From positions 83,762,001-83,826,000 of the forward strand of contig NC_083277.1 of the NCBI RefSeq assembly GCF_963506605.1: a stretch of DNA of 64,000 nt, in the 5' to 3' direction. Shown here piece after piece: positions 11,501 through 23,543 of the stretch. The notes below the pieces were generated by a model. It saw nothing but the letters and a program-made list of their open reading frames with translations. It ran no database searches and was not told the DNA's origin. The DNA comes from Zootoca vivipara (lineage: Eukaryota). The number at the start of each line of letters is the position of its first letter. The first letter of the stretch is position 1. The translations under genes were made by a program, and so were the position numbers.

Positions 11501-13376
11501 TATCAAAAGCACAGCTGGCTAGCTATGTTAATTTGTGCCATCAAATTGTTGAATCTGTAGTTGTGGGCAGAAGGGAGGCCAGTTGGTGGTATGGGGTCTT
11601 TGTGCTGTGCTGTTGTATTGTGAGGAGAATGCTGTTTGTATGAGGTACCTTTTTCTCCTTTACATCGCAATGCAGTTGAAGCAGAATTCCAAGTACTGTA
11701 TGGTTGATACTTGGCCAATAAATTATTTTATTCTATTCTATTAAATGGGCAGTTTTGAGCTGAATACTGCAATGTGCGTTAAGTGTTTCTATCTGTGTTG
11801 GGGTAGCAGCATATTCAGTTTTTTAGTAAGTGGCCAAAAGAAAGCATTCTATCCGAATTCACATCACTCCTTCTGTTTCTCGCCTCCCCCCTCCAACCCC
11901 CGGCACCAAGTTGCACAATGCCTTGATATGGAATTCAGTATAGTCATACCTCGGTTTAAGTACGCTTTGGTTTGAGTACTTTCAGTTTAAGTACTCCGCG
12001 GACCCGTCTGGAATGGATTAATCCACTTTCCATTACTTTTAATGGGAAAGTTCACTTCAGGTTAATTACGCTTCAGGTTAAGTATGGACTTCCAGAACCA
12101 ATTACACTCATACTTTGGGTTAAGTACGCTTCAGGTTGAGTACTCCGCAGACCCATCTAGAACGGATTAATCCACTTTCCATTACTTTCAATGGGAAAGT
12201 TCACTTCAGGTTAAGTCCGCTTCAGGTTAAGTACAGACTTCCGGAAACAATTGTACTTAAACCGAGGTACCACTGTATCTCATCACAAGACTTCAGAAAG
12301 AGAGGAGTCACCCTCCTTGACCGAAAAAAGCTCAGCGCCCCTGGTCTCACAGCCACATGCTACAACATTGTTGGTGTGTGGAGGTGGGCTTGGAGTCTAA
12401 CTTCGGTAATTTCACTGGTTAGAGTAGTGGCAGCAAACTTTGCAAGGGATTACTTGTGTTCTGTCCAGAGCTGAGTGAGACCAGCTGGCTTGCCTTAGTT
12501 TGTGGCAGAAACTATAAAAGAAGCTGCTGCCTAGGGTTGTGCTGTTGCACTGGGTAAGGAAACAGCCCCCTTCCTATCTCAGCAGACATTTTTGGTAAAA
12601 AATTATAATTATAATTATAATTATTAAGTTTGTATTGAACAGCATTAACTGTTCATTGAACGGTTTGCTTTTTGCTTGACTGATACGCCACTATGTTCTT
12701 TAGCTCTGGTTCTATGGATGGTAATGTGGTCTTGTCTACTTCGTTGTTCAGCTTTGTTGTTGGGAGAGCAGCATGCAAATACTAAATCAAAATCAGCACC
12801 TGAAAGAAAAGCATCAGAAATGGCACTAAAGGGGCAAGGGGCATTTCTCAGTGGGTGGGGAAGAAGGTGAGCATGTGAAGAGGAACCACAAGGGACTAGT
12901 TACAGGTAGGTAGCCGTGTTGGTCTGAGTCGAAGCAAAATAAAAATTCCTTCAGTAGCACCTTAAAGACCAACTAAGTTTATATTTTGGTATGAGCTTTC
13001 GTGTGCATGTTCTGAAGAAGTGTGCATGCACACGAAAGCTCATACCAAAATATAAACTTAGTTGGTCTTTAAGGTGCTACTGAAGGAATTTTTATTTTGT
13101 CACAAGGGACTAGAAAGAGGGAGGCGAGGGAGAACTGACAGTCTGGCAAGTTCATCACCAGGCAAATGTTTGCTTCTTCTTCTTCTTTTCAGACAATGGG
13201 GACCTTCTAAACCGACTAGCAAAGCTGACCATGATTCACAAGAAGACTGTGTTGTTATGGAGCAAGGAAAGAACCATAAGTGGAGTAATGGCTTGTGCGA
13301 CTCCACCAATCTGTTTATTTGTGAAAAGAGCATGCAGCTTGCCTGTGTCTGGCAGGCTCTTTGTAGTTCTCACTGA
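2584..13376 (+). CDS. Gene A: type II transmembrane C-type lectin receptor, FCER2/CD23-like (255 aa if spliced normally; exon 5 donor is defective, so possibly a pseudogene)
   Basis: Exons 2584-2680 (MDDGYEIEEYQNDIV...), 3566-3673 (...QGYDYII...MRKLPEK), 5361-5483 (TM ITFVIIYLLTIFSLIMANAAFVIAFLR), 6746-6891 (CFPICAFNWHEFQDKCYYY...EKEQ), 9574-9683 (DFL...WIGLRY...WKWVDGT), 13193-13376 (QWGPSKPTS...EDCVVM...WSNGLC...ICEK...stop). Phases 1,1,1,0,2 sum to 768 nt in frame. All splice sites are GT-AG except TT at 9684-9685. Confidence 0.8.
5968..6545 (+). mobile_element. CR1 LINE 3' fragment
   Basis: ttggaaaaagttcagaaaagggcaaccaaaatgatcaagggg (LEKVQKRATKMIKG) and a CR1-type 3' UTR ending in cttatgttct. 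Confidence 0.75.
7824..8163 (-). mobile_element. Sauria SINE, near full length
   Basis: tRNA-like head with B box GGTTCGAATCC and an (ACCTTT)n-type tail on the minus strand; acttgt occurs on both flanks. Confidence 0.88.
9762..11393 (+). mobile_element. 5'-truncated L1-clade LINE (ORF2 C-terminus plus 3' UTR) inside gene A
   Basis: ORF2 C-terminal zinc knuckle CWRCEKERGTFMHMWWSC, GT-rich 3' UTR, AATAAA at 11370 and an AT/A tail. Flanked by a 138-bp direct repeat (9624-9761 and 11394-11531). Confidence 0.85.
10580..10673 (-). mobile_element. Sauria SINE 3' fragment nested in the L1
   Basis: Matches the 3' end of the full copies at 7824 and 34587 and interrupts the L1 ORF. Confidence 0.85.
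11941..12275. mobile_element. Tc1/mariner (Tigger-like) MITE with internal tandem repeats
   Basis: TIR similar to CAGTGGTACCTCGGTTTAAG; TA flanks. Confidence 0.75.
12900..13100. mobile_element. Penelope-like element remnant: 75-bp perfect inverted repeat with a hammerhead core
   Basis: Arms 12935-13009 and 13025-13099; CTGAAGA...GAAAGCTC at 13012-13041; 13-bp TSD cacaagggactag at 12887-12899 and 13101-13113. Confidence 0.8.
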
Positions 13377-13448
13377 ACATTTTCCTGTTTGGTATTGGTG
13401 TACATCCTCAATCAGTTACAGAATGCTATGCACAAAATCTATAGATCA

Positions 13449-13583
13449 NNNNNNNNNNNNNNNNNNNNNNNNNNNNNNNNNNNNNNNNNNNNNNNNNNNN
13501 NNNNNNNNNNNNNNNNNNNNNNNNNNNNNNNNNNNNNNNNNNNNNNNNNNNNNNNNNNNNNNNNNNNNNNNNNNNNNNNNNNN
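13449..13583. other. Assembly gap (135 N)
   Basis: Run of N bases. Confidence 0.99.
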
Positions 13584-14402
13584 AAGTGCACTCCAAAACA
13601 CACAGCCATCTGTTATTGCAGCAGCAAAAGGCCATGCAACAGAGACACAAACACAGAGCCCACACAGCCGTGCCCTCATGCATTCTACATAGGTGTGACT
13701 TTGCCCCAAAGGAAAAATGAGTCACATCAGAAAAGGACATACTCTGAAACCAACAGACTTCCAGGACACCCCAACACTGACCTCCAGGTAGCTATCCATG
13801 AACCAAAGGAGGAAAACTTCATCATGAAATTGCTGAATGAAGACTTATCAGGAAATTCAAGTGTATTTCATCTGGTCTGCATTAAGATCATGGGGTTTGA
13901 ACCCTCTACAGATGTTCATTAGCCAATAAATAGCAGGATGTTGTCCTCAGCACTTCTTTATGACTTGTTATCGTAAATATTTTCCAATAATTTCAGCTCT
14001 TTTGAGAATACATTGCTTTTGCTTTCTTCTTATATGACAATTTACAACTTAAGAGCAAAGCGTCTGCGATAGAGAACAATGGACAGACTCAGACCACAGG
14101 CCCATCATACAAACTTTTATAAAATTTGCATATGGTGATTTATATGGATAGATTCCTCTGGGAAATTTAAGATGGTGTGTGAGTGGGATCTCACCATCAC
14201 TCCACTTTGCAAGGCCACCAGCCACCCTATAAGCAAAGAAGAGGATTAGGCAGGACACCCAGGGTCAAATATGACAGACCCAGGACTCAAACCCTTTGGG
14301 CTATCCTCTAACATGAAGTCATTTGCTACACAACCTAGGGATACACTGAAACAACCACAAATGCAATTTGGTTTAAATGGAATCTGTTTGCATTTATTGT
14401 AT

Positions 14403-15344
14403 TCATATCTTTTGGGAAAGTACCTTTTTAATGATTACCTTCCTTACCGCAACCTTGATTTCCTTGTTTCTCAAAGTAAAGATAATGGGACTGAGAAATG
14501 GAGTAATTATGGTGTAGGGTATGGAAATCAGTGTGTCATCTTCTAATGTGTCAGCTGTGCTCGATTTGAAATAAATGATGGAGGCAAAGGTATAGTGCAC
14601 ACTTACCACAATGAGGTGGGCGGCACAGGTGGAGAAAGCTTTCTGGTGGCCTTCAGTGGAGGGAATGCGCAGGATGGTGGAGAGAATTAAGATGTAGGTC
14701 ATCATGATGAACAGAAGGCTGCCAGCCAAACCCAGCATGCCAATAGTAGAGATCGACACTTCAGTCATATTATCGGCAGTGCAGGCTAACCTAACCACTG
14801 CCCTCATGTGACAAAAGAAGTGCCGGATGGCATTGGGGCCACAAAAGGGCAACCTAAGGATCTGTGCAGCCTCACTCAGAGATATGAGGAATCCCGCAAC
14901 CCAGGAAATGACTATGAGTCAAAGAATTACCCGCATGTTCATAAGGACAGGATAGCGCAAGGGGTGGCATATTGCCAGGTACCGATCATAGCCCATAGAC
15001 GTAAGAATGAGACAGTTTGTTGCACCCAGTCCAAGGAAAAGAAACATTTGTGCAGCACACCCTGCAAAAGAGATGATTCCGACTTTTGCTATCAGATCAA
15101 CCAGCATTTTGGGGACAATGACTAAACTGTAACAGGTTTCAGAGCAAGACAAAGCAAAGAGGAAGATGTACATGGGAACATGGAGGCTCCGATCAGAATA
15201 AACAACAGACATTATCAGCAGATTTCCTATCAGGGTTAGGATGTACATGAGCAGGAACAGGATGAAAAATGCAATCTGTAGCTCTGGACGTACAGAGAAC
15301 CCAAGCAGGATAAATTCTGTCACTTGTGTGTGGTTCTTCTTCAT
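14403..15344 (-). pseudogene. Olfactory receptor, class II family 10-like, full length (313 codons) with one in-frame TGA at codon 142
   Basis: Motifs GN, LHVPMYIFL, PKML, MGYDRYLAICHPLRY, HFFC, KAFSTCAAHL, PFLSPIIFTLRNKE. The two track ORFs are in the same frame and separated only by TGA at 14921-14919. An upstream acceptor with GCTAAC branch point is intact at about 15361-15388. Confidence 0.92.
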
Positions 15345-15508
15345 TGTGTTTTACCAGCACCTTGGGAAGAAGAAGATAACAGTTAGCAAACACAAGGCTC
15401 AGTCTTACGGACCATGAGCAGCATGGATCTTTTATACTGTTACTAGTTATTAAAAAATCACTATGAGCACACCTAGATTGCATCATAATCCCTTCTTAAC
15501 CATCTGAT

Positions 15509-15567
15509 GGTCCATCTTGGGGTCACGATGAGTCAGACACGACTAAACGACTAAACAACAACAAAAA
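15509..15567 (+). mobile_element. Minimal Bov-B 3' end (about 59 bp)
   Basis: ggggtcacgatgagtcagacacgactaaac tail flanked by an 11-bp TSD aaccatctgat. Confidence 0.8.
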
Positions 15568-15758
15568 AACCATCTGATATATAATAGTTTGATAATTACA
15601 AAATTTAATAAACCATTTTAAACCTCTTTGCCTTTTTTACCAGCAAAATATGTATCACAGGGCTCAACCTTCAAAAGTTCTGACTCCATCCGTTTTACAA
15701 TTGGTCCATCTGTGTTATGATTGTCTACACCTGTCAACTGTCCTAAGACCTACAGGTA

Positions 15759-16138
15759 TGTTGTTTTTGTTGTTTAGTTGTTTAGTCGTGTCCAACTCTT
15801 CGTGACCCCATGGACCATAGCATGCCAGGCACTCCTGTCTTGCACTGCCTCCCGCAGTTTGGTCAAACTCATGTTCGTAGCTTCGAGAACACTGTCCAAA
15901 CATCTTGTCCTCTGTCGTCCCCTTCTCCTAGTACCCTCAATCTTTCCCAGCATCAGGGTCTTTTCCAAGGATTCTTCTCTTCTCATGAGGTGGCCAAAGT
16001 ATTGGAGCCTCAGCTTCACGATCTGTCCTTCCAGTGAGCACTCAGGGCTGATTTCCTTCAGAATGGATAGGTTTGATCTTCTTGCAGTCCATGGGACTCT
16101 CAAGAGTCTCCTCCAGCACCATAATTCAAAAGCATCAA
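15759..16138 (-). mobile_element. Bov-B 3' fragment
   Basis: Encodes PWTARRSNLSILKEISPECSLEG...LMLGKIEG; (CAA)n tail. Confidence 0.9.
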
Positions 16139-16491
16139 GGTATAGGGCAGTATATAAATTTAATTAACAAAACAACAACAACAACAACACACTGACTGGC
16201 TCAAAGAAAAGGACTCAAAGACAGATCTACCTAGCATCTTGTCTGACTCCAAGGATTTAAATGATACTTCTTTCTGCAGGCTTAATTTCTTTGCCAGGAT
16301 CACAGCATTTTTAGATTTCTCTGCTATTTGCACAAAACCGGCTCTCTGTAAAAAAATACATGGAAAAACTAGCTGCAATTGCACTTTGGATTTTATTCTG
16401 AAGCAATTAGTTTAATGGCTAAGAGTTAACTGCATTTTTTATTCATTTACGGGTCCACATTTTTACTATATAAAGGATGGTATTTAGCTAA

Positions 16492-17410
16492 AAATTGGGA
16501 AAGGAGTACTACAAGATTGTATATGGTCTCCCTGCTTATTTAACTTATATGCAGAATTCATCATGCAAAAGCCTGGACTAGATGAATCCCAAGCCGGAAT
16601 TAAGATTGCCGGAAGAAATATCAACAACCTCAGATATGCAGATGACACAACCTTGATGGCAGAAAGCGAGGAGGAATTAAAGAACCTTTTAATGAGGGTG
16701 AAAGAGGAGAGCGCAAAAAATGTTCTGAAGCTCAACATCAAAAAAACCAAGATCATGGCCACTGGTCCCATCACCTCCTGGCAAATAGAAGGGGAAGAAA
16801 TGGAGGCAGTGAGAGATTTTACCTTCTTGGGCTCCTTGATCACTGCAGATGGTGACAGCAGTCACGAAATTAAAAGACTTCTTGGGAGAAAAGCAATGAC
16901 AAACCTAGACAGCATCTTAAAAAGCAGAGACATCACCTTGCCTACAAAGGTCCGTATAGTTAAAGCTATGGTTTTCCCAGTAGTGATGTATGGAAGTGAG
17001 AGCTGAACCATAAAGAAGGCTGATTGCCGAAGAATTGGTGCTTTTGAATTATGGAGCTGGAGGAGACTCAAGACTCCTCCTCCCATGGACTGCAAGAAGA
17101 CCAAACTTATCCATTCTGAAGGAAATCAGCCCTGAGTGCTCTCTGGAAGGACAGATCCTGAAGCTGAGGCTCCAATACTTTGGCCACCTCATGAGAAGAG
17201 AAGACTCCCTGGAAAAGACCCTGATGTTGAGAAAGATTGAGGGCACAAGGAGAAGGGGACGACAGAGGACGAGATGGTTGGACAGTGTTCTCGGAGCTAC
17301 GAACATGAGTTTGACCAAACTGCGGGAGGCAGTGGAAGACAGGAGTGCCTGGCGTGCTCTGGTCCATGGGGTCATGAAGAGTCGGACACGACTAAACGAC
17401 TAAACAACAA
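16492..17410 (+). mobile_element. Bov-B (RTE clade) LINE, 5' truncated
   Basis: RT segment NINNLRYADDTTLMAESEEEL...VMYGSES, 3' end CACGACTAAACGACTAAACAACAA, TSD atttagctaa. Confidence 0.93.
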
Positions 17411-19158
17411 ATTTAGCTAAATTTAGCTAACGTAGGTTATGTTTATTAATTTCAGTGGGTCTATTCTGAGTAATACTTACGGTACTTGAATATCACTCAA
17501 AGTGGACAGAAGCTGACTTAGTTGAATACCACCCAAACTGGACAGAAGTGAGGGGTGGTGAGATCTTACTTCAGTAGTCTAAGGTGTGTTAGGGAGAGTG
17601 ACACTGCCCCTTTCCTCTCCTGCACCATACCTCTATTAAGTTCATCGCTTGAGGCATTCTTCTTCATTCCCAGATCACTTCCACTAATTGCAGTGGTTGA
17701 AATTTATACACTTTCCAAGTGCACACCACTGTGTGGATCAACCAGAAGGCAAAAAATGATATATATTTTCAAAGTCATTGACACATACACGAGATGGTCA
17801 GCAGGTATTTCCCCAGGTAATTCAGCATCATTAGAGGTCACGCAATAATGCTTTGGGACTCCAGAATGTGCGAAAAGATCAGTAGTGATAGAAACAAGTG
17901 GAACTTTCCAAGATGCTTGGTTACCATCTCTGTTGTTCTCATTGAAGAACCCTAAAGAATGTTGGAGGTCCCTGAAACATTATTTGAAAACTAAGTCATT
18001 GGCTTAAATGAGTTCTCAAACAAAGCACACTTTCTGATTGTCAGAATGATCCCAATAACAGGCGACTTACCTTCAGTTTCTGACCTGGAGCTGCAAAAAG
18101 AAAAAGAGAAGGAGGAAACTACAACTGGCCACAGGGGGGGGGGGAGTAAACTCAAGTAAGGAACAAAATGTCTTGCCACGATTTCCACTGAAATCTGTGG
18201 TCCTGTTGCAAAGGGTGGACAGTATGTCATCCCCTAACCATGCAATAAGTTTAACATTCTATGCCAAAAAGTAAAAGAGAAAGGGAGTTTAACCCTGTTC
18301 ATAGGTTGTGGGAATTCAGCATCAAGATCCCAGAGACATTCGGGGAGCGAGGCCTGTGGGGAAATTACACTAATTTGGCTCAGGAGATGTTTAAGAAAGG
18401 AAAGCACATCAGATATTTCATCATTTGTTATTTACTCCAGAAAAACAAAATTTAGTTCAAGTTTCAGAAACTCAAAGGGCCAATGTTTTTGAGTTTAAAA
18501 AACCCACACATTTCTGATCAATGTGTGTGCCCTTTCCTGCACACTCCATGCTTTTCATGGTCCTGTGAATTAGGAGGCCAGCAGAATGATAAACCAGATG
18601 TCAGCAACCTTTTGGGGCAAATGGAAATGCAGTGGGTGCCACACACAAAATGGCTCGCATGCGGAGTGGCATCACACAAATTGGCTGCCACATCCAAAAG
18701 AGCAGAAAGAGACAGGGTTGCAAAATGGTGCAGGCATGCTTCCCCATCAGCTACCTTACCGGTGGGGGAGAAAAGCACCTTCATCAGCCATTGCTGCACT
18801 CGCTCCCATAGAAAGCCCCTGAACCTCTTTTCTGTTCACAATAGGACGGTAAGTGCCCATCATGGCATCAAATGAAACATGGGAATATTTAAGAGGGCAT
18901 GCACATCATACGAGAGGCTGAAAACAGTAACCAAGCAAGCAGACCAAATAGTCTCTAAGGTATTGTAGACTTGAGTGGATATTTAATGAAACCTTTTGTG
19001 AGTGCTATAGGAGATACTGGTGGCCACTTTCAGGCCTAGGAATACAGTAGGTTACTTTTGTAGGGATAATGAAGAACTAGTCTAGGTTTCACACCTTCTC
19101 TAACTTCCATGAACTGCCTCATGCCTCAGCTACTCACAGGAGATTTGTCTAGCTTGTA

Positions 19159-19423
19159 CAGTGGTGCCTCGACTTACGAATTTAATCCGTTACGAAGGCA
19201 CCTTCGTAAGTCGAAAAATTTGTAAGTCGAAAAATGCCATTGGAAACGCGATTTCCCATAGGAATGCATTGGAAACGGAAAAATTCGTAAGTCGAAGCAA
19301 TCCTATCTAAAAATTCGTAAGTCGGAAAATCCCTATCTAAAACCGCCGCGGTTTTTCCCCCGGATGTCGAGACATTCGTAAGTGCGCGGCCATTACCCCC
19401 ATTCGTAAGTCGAGGTACCACTG
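19159..19423. mobile_element. Tc1/mariner (Tigger-like) MITE
   Basis: CAGTGGTGCCTCGACTTACGAA...TTCGTAAGTCGAGGTACCACTG; TA TSD. Confidence 0.8.
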
Positions 19424-19659
19424 TAGTTACTGAAAGTGGTGGTTCCATGGAAAAGAGAATAGGAAGCACTCAAGAGTTCTTACCCAGAAGCTGATCCCCA
19501 GATGGAACCTTGCATCATGCAACAGCTGCACCAAAGGTTGAGCACCAGATACTCAGTTGAGTAGCACAAGCACTCAATTAGCAAACATAGTATATCCGAT
19601 AATAATTACTGGCTGGAATGAGCACCTTTAAATGGCAAGGGTATTACCCATTAGATAGC

Positions 19660-21350
19660 AATGGCTCTCAAAGTGAACCATTAACAGTGGGATCAGGCAT
19701 TAAACAGGGATCTGTTATCGCCCCAACTCTATTATCTTCATCAACATTGTTGAAGAGAAATTCCCCACCAGAGTAGAAATCATATATCATATATTGAACA
19801 GATGGAAAGCTATTTAATCTGAGTAGGCTGAAAGCAAAGAGTAAGGTTACAATAACTTCCATCATAGAACTTCAGTATGCTGATGACATACTGAGTGTGT
19901 GCACACTCAGAGGATGACCTCCAAACCATCCTAAATATATTCACAGAATCTTATGGAAAGCTTGGCCTATCGCTCTATATCCAAAAAACCAAAGTGCTGC
20001 ACCAACAAGCACAAAACAACCCCTCTGCAGCACCACAATGACCGCTCCACACATCAAGTGGGGGGGCGACCTTTGTGTGGTCGCACGCAGCCCTCTGATC
20101 CCATAAGGCAGGCACCCCCAAACTGTGGCCCTCCAGATGTTTTGGCCTACAACTCCCATGATCCCTAGCTAACAGGACCAGTGGTCGGGGAAGATGGGAA
20201 TTGTAGTCCAAAACATCTGGAGGGCCGAAGTTTGGGGGTGCCTGCCATAAGGTGACTCCCTGGTAGTTCGGGGCTGGCACTGCCTTCCCAGGCAGGATGC
20301 CAGGGGTCTCCGCCTACCCCAGCTAATTACCCAATCCTGCCTGGGGAGGTGTTGCCAGGGTACTGCCCAGGTATGGGGAGGGTCTTTCCAGCTCATACAA
20401 AATAGAAGTTGAATCCTATCTGCAAGCACCAGTCGGCTCCAGAGCTTCTATATTGCTCTATATCCAAAAAACCAAAGTGCTGCACCAACAAGCGCGAAAC
20501 AACCCCTCTGCATCACCACAAATCCAACTTAATGGTGTAACGTTGGAAAATGTCAATCACTTTTCCTACCTGGGCAGTTATCCAAGGGCCAACACTGATG
20601 CCAAAATCCAGCATCGCCTGAGCTCTGCAAGTACAGCTTTCTCCCAATTGAAGCGCATAGTGTTTGAGGACCGGGACATTCTCAGGGAAACCAAATTGCT
20701 TGTTTACAAAGCTATCATACCACCAACTTTCCTGTACGCTTGTGAAACATGGACCACTTATAAACGTCATCTTCAAATTGTTGAATGATTCCATCAATGG
20801 TGTCTCCAAAACATTTTACACATTACTTGGGCAGACAGGCAAACTAATGGCGGTGTACTGGAAGAAGCAAAGATCACCAGTGTCAAAGCAATGATTCTTC
20901 AACATCATCTTTGTTGGACTGGTCATGTTGTTTGGATGCCTACTCTATTCTCAACTTAAGAATGAAAAGTGAAATACCAGTGGACAACAAATGAGGTTTA
21001 AAGACGCTCTCAAGGCAAATCTAAAAAAAAAAAAAGTGTATAAGCACTGATAACTGGGAAACACTGGCCTGTGAATGCGCCAACTGGAGAACAACCTTTA
21101 CCAAAGGTGTCATGGGCTTTGAAGAAGCACGATCTCTGGACAAAAGGGAGAAACAAGCTAAGAGGAAGGCATGTTTGGAAAACCCTCACCCTGATCAACT
21201 CCCACCCGGAAACTTACCATATGTCCTCACTGTGGAAGGACATGTGGAACCAGAATTGGCCTCCACAGTCACTTATGGACTCACTGTTAAGACCATGTTC
21301 ATGGAAGACATCTTACTCAGCTACAAGTGATTGCCAAAGGAGAAGATGAC
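19660..21350 (+). mobile_element. Degraded RTE-clade LINE (not Bov-B), interrupted
   Basis: Remnant motifs GIKQGSVIAPTL, ELQYADD, KTKVLHQ, LENVNHFSYLGS, FLYACETWTTY, with frameshifts and stops. Confidence 0.75.
20109..20244. mobile_element. hAT-type MITE (136 bp)
   Basis: CAGGC...GCCTG TIRs; 8-bp TSD ccataagg. Confidence 0.88.
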
Positions 21351-22424
21351 CCATTAGAAATGTCTCCAGAAACTTAACTTCCTAGGTCATCAGCAGATGT
21401 TGATTTGGCACTCAGTTAATTGCATTATTATGCACTCAAACTTCCCTAAGTGAATTTACACTCAGCAGTAAACAGCGCTTCTTCCCCTCCTTCTGAAGTA
21501 TGTCCATAGATTTAAGCCTAATTATCTTCTTTAACCATGGAAATCCCCGCCATGCAGATTAGCATCCGGGAGTCCCGGCCCTCGTAAGTGCTTCAGCCCC
21601 CTAAGTGAATTTACAAAGTTTTCCCCATGGTTTGGGAAAGAACCATGTGGATGATTGCTCTGTCCAATGGTTACATGGTTAACAAAGCAAGGATTGGCTT
21701 TCAGAACATCAGCCCTGTTGTGAATGTAGCCACAGATCAATCACAGGAACTCCACAGCCGTGATACGTAGTGGGAAAGGACTATATGCCAGGATACTGCC
21801 CCAAATGTAATTGAGTGAAATTGCAGTGCAAAACTCCTGCAATTTTCTGAGTAAATGGGTTTGCAATGAATTTTTTCTAGTGACAACATGGAAATGAACA
21901 CTAAACTTGCATTAATTTCCTGAAGTGGCTTTTATGTTGTGTCATGTAAAACGCAAAAATTAATACCGGTAGGTAGCAAAGTGTTGTGAACATAGAAAGA
22001 AGTACCATGGCCTGATTGCAAACTAATACACAGTCATCTGCTCCAACATGTAGTTTAAGTGTATTTTGGCAATTTAATGGAGGACAATTCTACCAAAAGT
22101 TGCAAGCCATGACAGCTACCGGTAGATGGAAACTAAATGTTGAGAGATAGTTTATCTATTACAGATGCTGGAGACGGATAAAATAGGCTTCAGTTCAAAA
22201 CAGGATGCTAGACTAGATGGCCTGATACTGTCAAGCACTCCCAAACTTCTGAAAATATATATACACATTAACTGTAGAAGGACAAGCCATGTGTTTTAAA
22301 TGACTACATTTTACCAGTGCTTTTTCTCTTTTAAAAAATGTTTAGGGGTACTCTCATTTTCCTATTCATATTGAAAGACTGCTCTCAATGAGGCCAAAAT
22401 TAGATTCACAAAATGTTTAGGGGT

Positions 22425-22489
22425 AATTAGTATTATTAATATTAGTAGTATTAGTATTACTACTACTACTACTACTACTACTACTGGTA

Positions 22490-22540
<51 letters not shown>
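22425..22540. repeat. Compound (TAT/TAC/AAT)n microsatellite
   Basis: Read directly from the sequence. Confidence 0.9.
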
Positions 22541-22541
<1 letters not shown>

Positions 22542-23499
22542 CGGCATTGGGACTTAGGAGACATGGGAATGAAAGCACATTTGCAGGTCTTAAATCAGTA
22601 TTTTAATTGTTTGCTTAAAATATTTTTAATACAGATGTTTTACACAACAGCAGATTTGTATTGAATGAACATGGACAGGAACTGAAAGCTACAATATGCA
22701 AACATAAATTCAGAGTGAAGGGAAATGGAGCCGATTCTTCCCTCCCCTAGCTGCCTCCACAGGAGCCGACAACATTATTTAAGCTACCTGAAATTGGACA
22801 GAATCTTTTCCATTTCAAAGCTCAAGAAGGGGGGAAGCCTTTTTGAACTTCTCCAAGGCTTTTAATATTTGCAAAATGTTTAGGTGACATCATGGCTTAT
22901 TCAGAAAGCCATCCTCTGCTGAAAGTGGTGAGCATAGGATAGGAGGGAGGGAAGCAAGCAAGCAAGAAGATTTCTTAGACTGGCTTTTTCTTTACCAGTG
23001 ACAGATCCAGCGGGGGTCTTTTGCAGGAATCTGCATTCATCACAGAAGGATGTCTGTTTTGCCTATTGTGGAATATACTGGTAGAATTTGGCTCTCGTCC
23101 TTCCTGGGTATTTCTTGAATAATAATAAAATGTAAAGAAATACCTGTGCATGCACCCAGTTTGACCAGGCATAACCATTAGATTGGACCACCATGTTTAG
23201 GGGAGGTATACTTCAGAATACAGATCTGGGAGACAGATAGCAGGGGGAGTCTTGCCGGTGGCATCAAACTGGTCACTGCTGGCTCTAAAAACCAGGGCAG
23301 AGGCATGGAGAGGGAAACCCATGTGCTTCGTTCCTCCCCATGACACCATGCACATTCAGCCAGGCTTATTTCTTCCCCCCACTGCCTTTCAGAGACATTT
23401 GCCTGGCATCACAGTCTAGAGGACCAGACAGACATTGTTCTAACCCTGCAAATTCTTGCAACCTTAAAAAAAAAATCCAATGAATTGCTTCTGCTTGCG

Positions 23500-23535
<36 letters not shown>

Positions 23536-23543
23536 GCCAAGTT

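Noticed and set aside
13231-13922. ORFs spanning the N run
   Set aside because: Artefacts of the assembly gap.
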